A stretch of DNA of 64,000 nucleotides from Eubacteriales bacterium (GTDB lineage: Bacteria > Bacillota > Clostridia > Oscillospirales > CAG-382), in NCBI GenBank assembly GCA_045652245.1, contig JAZRTY010000033.1:75863-139862 (forward strand). Direction: 5' to 3'. The translations under genes were made by a program, and so were the position numbers. The notes beneath the pieces were generated by a model. That model was given only the letters and a program-made list of their open reading frames with translations. It ran no database searches and was not told where the DNA came from. Below, in pieces: positions 39,148-49,419 of this stretch (the stretch's first letter is position 1; each line of letters begins with the position of its first letter).

Positions 39148-40407
39148 CTATCTCTTGGATAAAACCTCAGCTTCGTATTTTTCAACTTCACAGAACCAGT
39201 TTTCACGAGTAGGAACACCGGAAACTTCACAGTAATAATCCCAGATGGCACCAAAAGGTAATGTTTTCATATTTTCCTGCATTACCATAAGCTTTGTAAA
39301 GTTACCTTCATCCTGAAGCTTCTTGAGAAGCTTATTCGGAAGAAGAAGTGCATTAAGGATAGCTTTCTGCCAGCTTCGAATACCAACTACCCATGCAGAT
39401 ACACGGTTGATGCTCGCATCAAAAAAGTCAAGTGCCATATATGTACGCTCAATTGCATCATTACGGACAATTTCTTTTGCTATTTCACGTGTTTCATCGT
39501 CAAACAGAAGCACATGGTCACTGTCCCAATGTACGCCACGAGTGATATGAAGTGCAATTTCCGGGAAGAAGCAAAGAAGTGATGCAATCTTATCAGAAAC
39601 CATTTCTTCGGGGTGATAATGACCATTATCAAGAAGCGGCAAACAGCCATCATTCATAGCAGCAAGATTCATTGTGAATTCACCGTTACCAACCGTATAC
39701 GATTCAACACCAATCCCGAAGAATTTTGACTCAACGCAAGGCTTTACAAGATTCTTATCAAACGGCTCTGAGAGGATTTCTTCCACAGACTTCTTATATC
39801 TCATACGCGGACCAAGTCTGTCTGCAGGAACATCTTTAAGACCGTCACCAATCCAGATGTTCATGACGCAAGGAACACCGGTTTCCTTAGCGAAATATTC
39901 GGAAATTCTGATGCATGCTTTTCCATGCTCAACCCAGAATTTACGTATTTCTTCATTTGGGCTTGAAAGTGTAAGTCCATCCGGTCCTACCTTAGGATGA
40001 GAGAAGAAAGTCGGGTTAAAATCAATACCCATTCCCCTTGCCTTTGCAAATTCAACCCATTTCTTGAAATGCTTTGGCTCGAGTTTGTCTCTGTCAACTC
40101 TTTCTCCGTCTTCAAATATAGCATAGTTTGCGTGAACATTAACCTTTTTCTTGCCGGGTGTAAGTGAAAAAGCTTTATCCATATCAGCCATAAGCTCTTC
40201 GGGTGTTCTTGCCTTTCCAAGATAGTTACCGGTAGTCATAATACCACCTGTAAGTGGACCATTGTTTTCAAATCCGTTTACATCGTCACCCTGCCAGCAA
40301 TGCACTGAAAGAGGTATGTTCTTAAGTTTTTCAATTACAGCATCGGTATCAATTCCATATGCAGCATACTGCTGTTTTGCTAGTTCATAGTTTTGTTTTA
40401 ATGACAT
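39148..40407 (-). CDS. rhaA: L-rhamnose isomerase
   Basis: 419 aa. SVHCWQGDDV..GFE N-terminal signature. Adjacent to rhaB. Confidence 0.9.
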   Translation of the reverse strand: MSLKQNYELAKQQYAAYGIDTDAVIEKLKNIPLSVHCWQGDDVNGFENNGPLTGGIMTTGNYLGKARTPEELMADMDKAFSLTPGKKKVNVHANYAIFEDGERVDRDKLEPKHFKKWVEFAKARGMGIDFNPTFFSHPKVGPDGLTLSSPNEEIRKFWVEHGKACIRISEYFAKETGVPCVMNIWIGDGLKDVPADRLGPRMRYKKSVEEILSEPFDKNLVKPCVESKFFGIGVESYTVGNGEFTMNLAAMNDGCLPLLDNGHYHPEEMVSDKIASLLCFFPEIALHITRGVHWDSDHVLLFDDETREIAKEIVRNDAIERTYMALDFFDASINRVSAWVVGIRSWQKAILNALLLPNKLLKKLQDEGNFTKLMVMQENMKTLPFGAIWDYYCEVSGVPTRENWFCEVEKYEAEVLSKR

Positions 40408-40431
40408 TTCATTTCTCCTTGATTTTCTGAA

Positions 40432-41913
40432 TTATTTGTTTATAAGCTTAAGATATCTGTCGTAGCCATCATCCCACATATCTGACTTTTCAGGCTCGTA
40501 CATATTGATTTCAAATGAATTAGCAATAACTTCTCTTGCTTCCTTGACATTAGCAATTTCACCCTGTGCAATTGCCTGAACAGCAAGGTTACCGAGAACT
40601 GTTGCTTCAACGGGACCTGCATATACGGGTCTTCCGCAAGCGGATGCAGTGAGACGTGAAAGCGGAACTTCCTTAGTACCACCACCAACGATATTTATAA
40701 ACGGCGCTTTTCTGCCCGTAACATCATCGAGTTCTTCTACTGTCTTTCTGTAGCAAAGTGCAAGTGAATCAAAGATACATCTTACAATTTCACCCTTGTT
40801 TTCAGGAACGTGTTGACCGGTCTTTTTGCAGTATTCAACAATTCTCTTAGGCATATTACCCGGAGTCTGGAAGGACATATCATTAGGATCAATAATGCAC
40901 TGAAGCGGCTTTGACGCCATAGCCATATCTGAAAGCTCATTGAAGGAAAGCTTTTCTCCTTCTCTTGCCCACTGACGACGTGATTCCTGTTCAATCCAGA
41001 GTCCCATAATGTTTTTGAGGAATCTGATTTTGTTTTCAGCACCACCTTCGTTTGTGATGTTATATTCAAATGCTTTATCATTGGTAATTGGTTCAGGAAT
41101 TTCTCTTCCCATAAGTGACCAGGTACCACTTGAAATATAAACAAAATCGTCATTCTTGGCAGGTACTGAAATAACAGCAGAAGCTGTATCGTGAGATGCA
41201 GCAGCGACAAGCTCAGCATCAATATTACCAACCTCTTCAATGATTGCCGGAAGAAGCTTTCCACACTTTGTGCCGGGCTGTACAATCTCGCCAAGAATAT
41301 TTGTAGGAATACCGGCTTTTTCAATTAAGTCATATGCCCAGTCACGCTTTGCAGCATCGAGCATCTGAGCTGTTGATGCAATTGTATATTCAGTTTGCTT
41401 AACACCTGTTAAGAAGTACTTAAGAAGGTCAGGAATAAAAAGCATATCCTTTGTGTTTTCGAAAATATATGGACTTTCTTTTGCAACTGTAGCAAGCTGG
41501 AAAAGAGTATTAAAGTTCATGAACTGTGTACCTGTTCTTGAATACAATTCCTTCTTACCAAGCTTATCGAATACTTCTTCCATAATACCGAAAGTTGTTC
41601 TGGGGTCACGGTAACAATGTGGATTACCAATCATTTTTCCGTTTGCATCAAGCAAACCATAGTCAACACCCCAGGTATCAATAGCAATTGACTTTATGTC
41701 CTTGTTATCAGACAAAGCACAGCTTCTGATTGCATTCTTAATTTCTGTAAAGAGTGCAAGAGTGTCCCAATGAAGATTACCGAAAAGATTTACAACATTA
41801 TTGTCAAATCTGTGGATTTCCTCAAGAGAAATTTTGTTTCCATCGAATTTTCCCACAATGCCTCTTCCACTTGAAGCACCAAGGTCAATTGCAAGCATTT
41901 TTAGTTCTGACAT
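40432..41913 (-). CDS. rhaB: Rhamnulokinase (FGGY family)
   Basis: LAIDLGASSGRGIVG. FGGY N- and C-terminal domains. Adjacent to rhaA. Confidence 0.85.
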   Translation of the reverse strand: MSELKMLAIDLGASSGRGIVGKFDGNKISLEEIHRFDNNVVNLFGNLHWDTLALFTEIKNAIRSCALSDNKDIKSIAIDTWGVDYGLLDANGKMIGNPHCYRDPRTTFGIMEEVFDKLGKKELYSRTGTQFMNFNTLFQLATVAKESPYIFENTKDMLFIPDLLKYFLTGVKQTEYTIASTAQMLDAAKRDWAYDLIEKAGIPTNILGEIVQPGTKCGKLLPAIIEEVGNIDAELVAAASHDTASAVISVPAKNDDFVYISSGTWSLMGREIPEPITNDKAFEYNITNEGGAENKIRFLKNIMGLWIEQESRRQWAREGEKLSFNELSDMAMASKPLQCIIDPNDMSFQTPGNMPKRIVEYCKKTGQHVPENKGEIVRCIFDSLALCYRKTVEELDDVTGRKAPFINIVGGGTKEVPLSRLTASACGRPVYAGPVEATVLGNLAVQAIAQGEIANVKEAREVIANSFEINMYEPEKSDMWDDGYDRYLKLINK

Positions 41914-41952
41914 ATTTTTCCTCCATTTCGCCTTACGGCTATTTATTTTTAT

Positions 41953-44415
41953 TTATTTAAGTGTAACTACAGTTACACCACAATCTCCCTCGCCGTAAGC
42001 GCCGTTTCTGAAAGAATCAACACGCTTGTCGCGACGAAGTTTTTGCTGAATTATTTGTCGAAGAGCTCCTGTTCCTTTTCCGTGAATAATTGTTACCGAG
42101 CCAAGATTCGCAAGAACTGCTCTGTCGATGTATTGGTCAACAGTAAGCCAGGCATCATCACCTATCATACCACGAACATCAATTTCGGCACTGATTGTAG
42201 CTGAAACACGAGGCGTTTGCCCGGAAGAAGCTCCTCGTGGCTTTGCTGTTTTTTTCTTGTTTTTATTTTCTTGCTGCTCCTCAAGGTCAGACAGAAGTCT
42301 TAAATTTTCCTTATTTGTTTTAAGCTTCGCAAATCCTATTTGCACGAAGTAACTGTCTTTATCGATTTTGGTGATTTTGCCTTCTTTTTTCAGATCATAA
42401 ACAAGGATTTCGTCTCCGACTTTGAATTCTCTTGAAGGTTTATAGATTGTCTCGGCTCTTTCAAGATTTATTCCAAGTTTGTCACTTGTCTGTTTAACCT
42501 TATCTGAAACTGCAGCTTTTGATGCCGCAAGCGCCTTTGCAAAATCCTCGGCATCCTTTTTCTTCTTTATAGCATCAAGCTCTTCAAAAATATAATCAGA
42601 GGCAGCTTTGGCACTGTCAATCAATCTTCTTGCCTCTTTTTCAGCTTTTGCTTCAAGTTCTGCAATTCTATTATTTAACTCTTCTCTGTCTTTTTTTGCT
42701 TGAATTTTTGATTCTTGTAATTCGTTTTTGAGTTTTCTTACCTGCTCTCGTTCGGCTTCCAAACCACTTCTGGTATTTTCGAGCTCGTTGACAACACTTT
42801 CAAATCTTCGAGAAGAACCAGGTACGTAGTCTTTTGCAGCAGAAATAATATTACTATCTATACCAAGCCGTTCGGCAATAGCAAAGGCGTTAGAGCGACC
42901 GGGCATACCAATTGTAAGCTTATAAGTCGGCCGTAGTGTTTCAAGATTGAATTCACACGAAGCGTTAGAAACACCCTCACTTTCAAGTGCATAGGTTTTA
43001 AGCTCGGCATAGTGAGTAGTAGCAGCACACAAACAACCGACAGATTTAATTCTTTCAAGAATTGCCTCGGCAAGTGCTGCACCCTCAATAGGGTCTGTGC
43101 CTGCACCAAGTTCATCAAAAAGCACAAGAGAGTTACTATCAACCTTATCAAGGATTTTAACAATATTTACCATATGGGATGAGAAAGTTGAAAGTGATTG
43201 TTCAATACTTTGCTCATCACCAATATCTGCAAGAATACTTGTAAACACAGGAATAACACTTCCGTCGTCAACCGGAATATGCAGACCCGATTGTGCCATC
43301 AACGAGAATAATCCGAGTGTCTTAAGTGTAACTGTTTTACCACCTGTGTTCGGACCTGTTACAATCAGCATATTATATTTATTACCAATCGAAACATTTA
43401 TCGGCACAACTGTTTCTTTATCAAGCAAAGGATGGCGTGCGTTTTTTAAATTTATATAACGCCTGTCAGATAAGATGGGCTGAGATGCGTTCATCTGAAA
43501 GGATAGCTCGGCTTTTGCGAAAATCACACCAACATCGCAAAGCACCTGGTAATTAATTTTTAAAACATCGGAAAATCTCGCAACTTCACTTGAAAGATGA
43601 AACAAAATCTTTTCAATTTCAGCTGCTTCCTTCCCCTCAAGCATACGAAGCTCGTTATTTGCTTCAACTACAGACATCGGCTCAATAAAAAGCGTTGCAC
43701 CGGAGGCTGAAGTGTCGTGAACAAGCCCCTTAACCTCGTTCCTACATTCTGCTTTTACAGGAATTACATATCTTCCGTTACGCATTGTAACGATATTTTC
43801 CTGAAGAAATCTTGAATATTCTGAATTGGAAATATATTTTTGCAGATTTTCTTTAGCTTTGTTACCTGCATTTCTCATTTTACGACGTATGTCATAAAGC
43901 TCACTTGTTGCAGTATCGGCTATCATATCTTCAGAAATGATTGAATTTGTAATCGTTTCATAAAGATATTTATTCTGAACAAGTCGTGAGATAAAGCTGT
44001 ATAGGGTAGAATCTTCTGTTAGACCATTCCCGAAATAGCTTGATATTGCTGCAGTAGTTCTTAAGACATCAGCGACACGCAAAAGCTCAACAGTATTCAG
44101 GGAAGCACCTTTTTCTGCCCTGAAAAGTGCATTTGATATGTCATGAATTCCCCCGAAGGAAGGGGCACCTTTTTTGACAATATAATCCTTCGCCTCTGTA
44201 GTCTGTTTTTGCATTGTTATTATAAATTCTCTTGAAACAGACGGAGATATTGATTTAATAATGTCGCTGCAACCTTCAAACGGTGAATGCGACGCAAGCA
44301 AATCAAGAATTTTATCAAACTCAAGAGTTGCATATGCCTTCTTGAAACCATCGAAGGATAAATTATTAATTGAGTCGGACGTAAAAATCCGGTTTTCTTC
44401 AAAATTTATATCCAT
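41953..44415 (-). CDS. mutS2: Endonuclease MutS2
   Basis: Walker A GPNTGGKT. Coiled-coil region. C-terminal Smr domain IDVRGM...IIHGKGTGALR. Confidence 0.95.
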   Translation of the reverse strand: MDINFEENRIFTSDSINNLSFDGFKKAYATLEFDKILDLLASHSPFEGCSDIIKSISPSVSREFIITMQKQTTEAKDYIVKKGAPSFGGIHDISNALFRAEKGASLNTVELLRVADVLRTTAAISSYFGNGLTEDSTLYSFISRLVQNKYLYETITNSIISEDMIADTATSELYDIRRKMRNAGNKAKENLQKYISNSEYSRFLQENIVTMRNGRYVIPVKAECRNEVKGLVHDTSASGATLFIEPMSVVEANNELRMLEGKEAAEIEKILFHLSSEVARFSDVLKINYQVLCDVGVIFAKAELSFQMNASQPILSDRRYINLKNARHPLLDKETVVPINVSIGNKYNMLIVTGPNTGGKTVTLKTLGLFSLMAQSGLHIPVDDGSVIPVFTSILADIGDEQSIEQSLSTFSSHMVNIVKILDKVDSNSLVLFDELGAGTDPIEGAALAEAILERIKSVGCLCAATTHYAELKTYALESEGVSNASCEFNLETLRPTYKLTIGMPGRSNAFAIAERLGIDSNIISAAKDYVPGSSRRFESVVNELENTRSGLEAEREQVRKLKNELQESKIQAKKDREELNNRIAELEAKAEKEARRLIDSAKAASDYIFEELDAIKKKKDAEDFAKALAASKAAVSDKVKQTSDKLGINLERAETIYKPSREFKVGDEILVYDLKKEGKITKIDKDSYFVQIGFAKLKTNKENLRLLSDLEEQQENKNKKKTAKPRGASSGQTPRVSATISAEIDVRGMIGDDAWLTVDQYIDRAVLANLGSVTIIHGKGTGALRQIIQQKLRRDKRVDSFRNGAYGEGDCGVTVVTLK

Positions 44416-44438
44416 ATGACTTTTTACTTTCTAAAATA

Positions 44439-45215
44439 TCAATTAACGATATTATGATAATAATCAAGTGTTTTAAACTTCTTTTCCGTATGTATAATCA
44501 GATATTGCTCACAAATTTTTGAAAATTCAAGAACTCTATTGTTTGGCAGGACAAAGGAAAGCATTTTCCCCTGATTCTGCGAACAAATATGCTTAATTAC
44601 AAAATAGCATTCGGGACTAATTGAAATTCCGTCCTTTGTCAGTTCAAAGGCTTCATCAGAAATACATTTTTCACATACAAAACCGCCCTGCAGCATCTCG
44701 AAAATCAAGTGCGTTCTGTTTTCGGAAAATGCAGCACCACACAGACAGCAATTATCAAAATTAGGAGAAAAACCCTGAATACACATACACTTAAGCTCGA
44801 AAGCGGCTTTTATCATCCATTTCGGCTTACTTTTGAGCTTTGCAAGAGCATAGAAGGAATTGAGCAAAAGTCGCAGCATCTCAGATTCATCAGCCTCCTC
44901 CATGCAAATACTTGCCGCTATTTCAGAGAAATAAGAAGCAAGCGCTACACATTCAACATCTTCTGATATACCTTGAAAATTATCTTTCACCTCAATAGAA
45001 TCAAGAAACAGACGACTGTCACGTTTGACAAATCCAAATGTAGAATAGCAAAAAAGCTGTGCTCCGGCACTTCTCTTACTGTGAATAGATTTGATTCCCT
45101 TGGCAAGCACAACCATTTTACCTTTTTTTGAAGTTATAAGCGTAAGTAACTTATCATTATCGTTCAGGGACATTTCCCCGATGACAACACCGTCAAGCGT
45201 TAAATCGTATGCCAC
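44439..45215 (-). CDS. recO: DNA repair protein RecO
   Basis: OB-fold N-terminus and Cys-rich CxxC...CxxC region. Sits downstream of era as in Bacillus. Confidence 0.85.
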   Translation of the reverse strand: MAYDLTLDGVVIGEMSLNDNDKLLTLITSKKGKMVVLAKGIKSIHSKRSAGAQLFCYSTFGFVKRDSRLFLDSIEVKDNFQGISEDVECVALASYFSEIAASICMEEADESEMLRLLLNSFYALAKLKSKPKWMIKAAFELKCMCIQGFSPNFDNCCLCGAAFSENRTHLIFEMLQGGFVCEKCISDEAFELTKDGISISPECYFVIKHICSQNQGKMLSFVLPNNRVLEFSKICEQYLIIHTEKKFKTLDYYHNIVN

Positions 45216-45249
45216 AATAAAGTATCCTTTTCAAATTTATTTTATCGTT

Positions 45250-46680
45250 TTATATATGTTCATTATCAAACCCGAGTCTGTTTAGTGATAACTCGCTGTC
45301 ACGCCACTTTTCCTTAACCTTAACCCATAAGTTCAGATAAACCTGCTTGCCGAGCAATGCTTCGATATCTTCTCTTGCAAAAGTTGCGATTTTCTTTAAG
45401 GTTTCACCATTTTTACTGATAATGATTTTTTTATGAGCAGCCTTTTCACAGTATATTTCGGCTCTGATTTCAACAAGTCGTTTACCGTCTTTGAAATCTT
45501 CAATAACAACTGCAATACCGTGTGGAATTTCGTCATCAAGAACTCGCAGAAGCTTTTCTCTTATGATTTCAGAGCAGATTTGTCTTTCAGGTTGGTCGGT
45601 AAGAATATCACCCGAAAAATACCATCTTTCTTCCTTTAAGAATGGTTTGATTTCACTCATCAGTATATCAACACCGTCATTGTTAAGTGCTGACATCGGA
45701 ACAATGGAAACAAAATCAAACAGCTTTGAAAACTTGTCAATTGTAAGTAGCAGCTTGTCTTTCTTTCCGATATCGGTTTTATTTATTGCGAGTATTACAG
45801 GGATTTTTGTATTTTTGATTTTTTCTATAATCTGAAGGTCAGCCTTCTCAGGCACCTGACCTGCTTCAATAAGATAAACAATCAAATCTGTACCGGCGAG
45901 TGATTCATCTGCAGACTTCATCATAAACTCACCAAGTTTATTCTTCGGCTTATGAATACCGGGTGTATCAATAAATACATACTGTGAATCACCTTCTGTA
46001 AAAATACCGGTAATTCTATTTCTGGTAGTTTGCGGCTTATTGGATACAATAGCAACCTTTTCTCCAATAATAGTATTCATAAGAGTACTTTTACCAACAT
46101 TTGGTCTACCGATAAGGGCAATAAAAGCAGTTTTGTTTATTTGTTTTTGCTCAACAACCGAAGTTCTGTTGTTATTTTCTATTTTCTTCAACTTTTCTTT
46201 ATCAGCAAGTCCGACAGTATCTAGAACGATCTCGCAAGTGTTATTCATATACTCTTCATCGCTCTTGCTCTCTTCGTGGTCATAACCCAAAAGGTGAAGA
46301 ACAGAATGTACTGTCAGAAAACATATTTCACGTTCAAGTGAATGCCCGTACTCCTGTGCCTGTACTGCTGCCTTTTCTACCGAAAGAACAATGTCACCAA
46401 TCGGAATTGGATTGCCGCTTTCGAAAAGCTCTTCAGGAACCTCACCATCTTCTAAAAGCGGGAAAGAAAGCACATCGGTAGGAGCATCCTTACCCCTATA
46501 CTCAAGATTTAGCTTATGGATTCCTTCGTTATCGGTAAACGTCACGGAAACCTCGCATTCGACATCCGATTCCTCATAATCCAGGGTGTAGTCTATCATG
46601 CACTTAACGAGTGAGCGTAGAGTACTTGTTACATCAATTTTATTTTGAACATTTTTTGTGTAAATTTTATTTTTAATCAT
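45250..46680 (-). CDS. Fused rRNA-maturation RNase YbeY and GTPase Era
   Basis: The N-terminal approximately 150 aa carry HSVLHLLGYDH (YbeY Zn site). Then GRPNVGKSTL (G1), DTPG (G3), NKTD (G4) and a KH domain follow in one uninterrupted 476-aa frame. Confidence 0.85.
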   Translation of the reverse strand: MIKNKIYTKNVQNKIDVTSTLRSLVKCMIDYTLDYEESDVECEVSVTFTDNEGIHKLNLEYRGKDAPTDVLSFPLLEDGEVPEELFESGNPIPIGDIVLSVEKAAVQAQEYGHSLEREICFLTVHSVLHLLGYDHEESKSDEEYMNNTCEIVLDTVGLADKEKLKKIENNNRTSVVEQKQINKTAFIALIGRPNVGKSTLMNTIIGEKVAIVSNKPQTTRNRITGIFTEGDSQYVFIDTPGIHKPKNKLGEFMMKSADESLAGTDLIVYLIEAGQVPEKADLQIIEKIKNTKIPVILAINKTDIGKKDKLLLTIDKFSKLFDFVSIVPMSALNNDGVDILMSEIKPFLKEERWYFSGDILTDQPERQICSEIIREKLLRVLDDEIPHGIAVVIEDFKDGKRLVEIRAEIYCEKAAHKKIIISKNGETLKKIATFAREDIEALLGKQVYLNLWVKVKEKWRDSELSLNRLGFDNEHI

Positions 46681-46707
46681 TTTTAAAATTCCTTTTTATA
46701 AATAAAG

Positions 46708-47670
46708 CTACTGTTTGTTATGATTACTTCTCTCGTATGCAAGAATTATCTTTTGAACAAGTGCATGACGAACAACATCCTTTTCGGTAAATCTGTGGGT
46801 AAAAATCCCCTCAATGTTCTTCAAAATTCTGGTTGCTTCGACAAGCCCCGAACGACAGCCCGACGGCAGGTCAATCTGCGTAATATCACCTGTTACAACA
46901 ACCTTTGAACCGAAGCCGAAACGGGTCAAAAACATTTTCATCTGCTCTGGTGTGGTATTCTGTGCCTCGTCAAGTATAATAAAGCAATCATCAAGAGTTC
47001 TTCCGCGCATATAAGCAAGAGGTGCAATTTCTATAACACCCTTTTCCCGATATTTTTCAAAATTTTCAGAACCAAGCATTTCAAACAACGCATCATAAAG
47101 AGGTCTGAGATAAGGATCAATCTTGTTTTGCAAATCACCTGGAAGAAAACCAAGCTTTTCGCCTGCTTCAACAGCGGGACGCGTCAGGACAATCCTGTTT
47201 ACCTGTTTTTCACGAAGAGCATTTACTGCCATTGCTACGGCAAGAAAGGTTTTACCGGTTCCGGCAGGGCCTATTCCGAATACAACAGTATTCTTTTTTA
47301 TTGCATCCACATATTTTTTCTGACCGACGGTTTTTGCTTTGATTGGTTTTCCCTTAATTGTTATACAAATACAGTCTCCGGTGAGTTCAGAAAGCTCTCC
47401 TTCTTCTCCGTCAAGCACCATACCGAGGACATATCTTATATTCTGTTCATTGAGATTATTGTTAAATTCTGAAATTCTGGCAAGGTACTCAATAACAGCC
47501 TTCCCCTTCTTACATTTTTCATTATCGTCACTGCAAACTTTAATTCCCTCTTCAAGGGCATTAAGAGTTATACCTAATTCATTTTCAATAATTTTAGCAT
47601 TGGAATCAAAATTTCCGAATATATTTCTTACTTGCTCGGTGTTCAAATTATCAATCGTACATTCAAACAT
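46708..47670 (-). CDS. phoH: PhoH-family ATPase
   Basis: GPAGTGKTFLAVAMAV and ILDEAQN. Confidence 0.9.
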   Translation of the reverse strand: MFECTIDNLNTEQVRNIFGNFDSNAKIIENELGITLNALEEGIKVCSDDNEKCKKGKAVIEYLARISEFNNNLNEQNIRYVLGMVLDGEEGELSELTGDCICITIKGKPIKAKTVGQKKYVDAIKKNTVVFGIGPAGTGKTFLAVAMAVNALREKQVNRIVLTRPAVEAGEKLGFLPGDLQNKIDPYLRPLYDALFEMLGSENFEKYREKGVIEIAPLAYMRGRTLDDCFIILDEAQNTTPEQMKMFLTRFGFGSKVVVTGDITQIDLPSGCRSGLVEATRILKNIEGIFTHRFTEKDVVRHALVQKIILAYERSNHNKQ

Positions 47671-47788
47671 GGCTCTTCCTTATAATTTTATAATATTTCA
47701 ATATATATTGTACTATATTTTCATAATAAATGCAAGTACTTTTTTAATAAATATTCAATTTAATGAAAAATTCTCCACATTTTATCAT

Positions 47789-48955
47789 CTATGCATTTTC
47801 AACAATATTTTTAAGGCAGACAACCTCACATCTTAATATGTAACAGTGTTCGTTTATTTCCTCTTTGAAATCTGTGCTTAATATTTCGGAATTAATCAAT
47901 TCAGAGCTCATAATTTCATAAAGCTTTGAATATGCTTCATTTTTCACTTCTTCCTGAGATAAAGTCACTTTCGATATATCATAATCGGTCCTTAAAAACT
48001 TTTTATATGATATCGGCAAGGTAATATTTCCCGGAAATTTCAACCTGCCGCTTGATTTATCAATATAGTAGTGATTTTCCTTACTGAAATTCAAAAATCT
48101 GTATGCCGTCTCCCTGCCAAGAAAATCAAGCTTATACCGATACATATTACTCTCAATGTTATTGTGAATACTACTTGTATAATTTATCGCAACAGCAAAA
48201 TTCTCATAGGTCTTAGCGATAATTTCACCTTTTGCACCGACAATATATTCGTTTCCATCCTTGCCGATTGCCACTGGAGAAACAAGCATTTGCCCCTTTG
48301 TAACCGAGTCCCCTATTTCAACAAGAGCAGACCCTGATGTAACCTTTACAAGCTCAATAACACCATCCGAACATGACATAAGACCTGACATTGATGTACT
48401 ATCTTCGTAATTCTTTTCAATTCTTTCGCTGACCTCAACAAACGCTACAGTTCCACTCATGTTTATCGAAATCCACGTTAAATTCTTGTTAAGAATTATA
48501 CATTTGTTACACACATTCGGAATTTTCCGCGTTCGTATTAATGTCCCCTTTGAAAAGCCTGCATTTTCAAGCGTTTCAGTTATTTCTTCATCGGAAATTT
48601 CTGTATTCCCACTGATTACAATATCCCAAACAAACAATCTTTGTACCTGTAAAACAAGTATGAAAAGTATAATTCCGATTACAATTCCAAATCTTTTTTT
48701 ACGCTTCTTTAACTCCTCAGGAATGCCAAAATAATTAGTATTTAAAATTATTGTTTCTTTAAGAAAACTACTTGAAAGTATTTTCTTTTCCAGAAATGAG
48801 TAACAACAAAATGAAAATCTCTTGTCATTGATAATCGTTACATCAAATATCCCCCCGGTAAATTCCTTCAGTAGCTTTGTTGTAACATATGTTGCGCTGA
48901 ACGCTTCAAGCTCAAATTTTGAATACCCCAATAAATTATAAAGTATTTTTTTCAA
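47789..48955 (-). CDS. yqfD: Sporulation protein YqfD
   Basis: About 390 aa with a central TM segment. Located between yqfC and phoH as in Bacillus. Confidence 0.7.
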   Translation of the reverse strand: MKKILYNLLGYSKFELEAFSATYVTTKLLKEFTGGIFDVTIINDKRFSFCCYSFLEKKILSSSFLKETIILNTNYFGIPEELKKRKKRFGIVIGIILFILVLQVQRLFVWDIVISGNTEISDEEITETLENAGFSKGTLIRTRKIPNVCNKCIILNKNLTWISINMSGTVAFVEVSERIEKNYEDSTSMSGLMSCSDGVIELVKVTSGSALVEIGDSVTKGQMLVSPVAIGKDGNEYIVGAKGEIIAKTYENFAVAINYTSSIHNNIESNMYRYKLDFLGRETAYRFLNFSKENHYYIDKSSGRLKFPGNITLPISYKKFLRTDYDISKVTLSQEEVKNEAYSKLYEIMSSELINSEILSTDFKEEINEHCYILRCEVVCLKNIVENA

Positions 48956-48959
48956 GTTT

Positions 48960-49325
48960 TCACTCCTTTTTACAGTTAAGAAAGCTCACAGAATCAATAA
49001 TCCCGGTTACTTTAATTGAAGTTTTTGTATAAAATCTCATTTCAAGCTCTGTTCCGGAAATCTCCAAAGCAAGATAATTGACGCTAAAGCAAATTTCTTC
49101 TTTCGTGTATTTATATATTGAAATTATCCCTTCGGCAAAAAGCTCATCATTACCAAGTATCTGAATATTCGGCTTATTTAAAAAACTTATCAGAGAGTCT
49201 TTTTGTATTTTTTTAATTTCGCAGATAAGCTTTTGATATAAATTGTTTTTACTCAAGGCTACCTCCTGTTCAACATTCAATAGAATATTGAAAATATTTT
49301 TATAAGGATATGCGTATGAGTACAT
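48960..49325 (-). CDS. yqfC: Sporulation protein YqfC (YabP family)
   Basis: IQILGNDELFAEGI..I..YTKEEI and synteny with yqfD. Confidence 0.65.
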   Translation of the reverse strand: MYSYAYPYKNIFNILLNVEQEVALSKNNLYQKLICEIKKIQKDSLISFLNKPNIQILGNDELFAEGIISIYKYTKEEICFSVNYLALEISGTELEMRFYTKTSIKVTGIIDSVSFLNCKKE

Positions 49326-49419
49326 TTTTTATTCTAAATATCGTTTTTATATAATAAATTAATTCAGAGGGGGGATAATTATTAAAACAAAAAAAACAAA
49401 AGACATAGCTTTAATATTA

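Noticed and set aside
38961-41913. tRNA-Gln-adjacent rhaA-rhaB as an integrated island. A similar check was made at tRNA-Leu (58556..58642).
   Set aside because: There is no integrase, no direct repeat of the tRNA 3' end and no compositional break. This looks like ordinary backbone.
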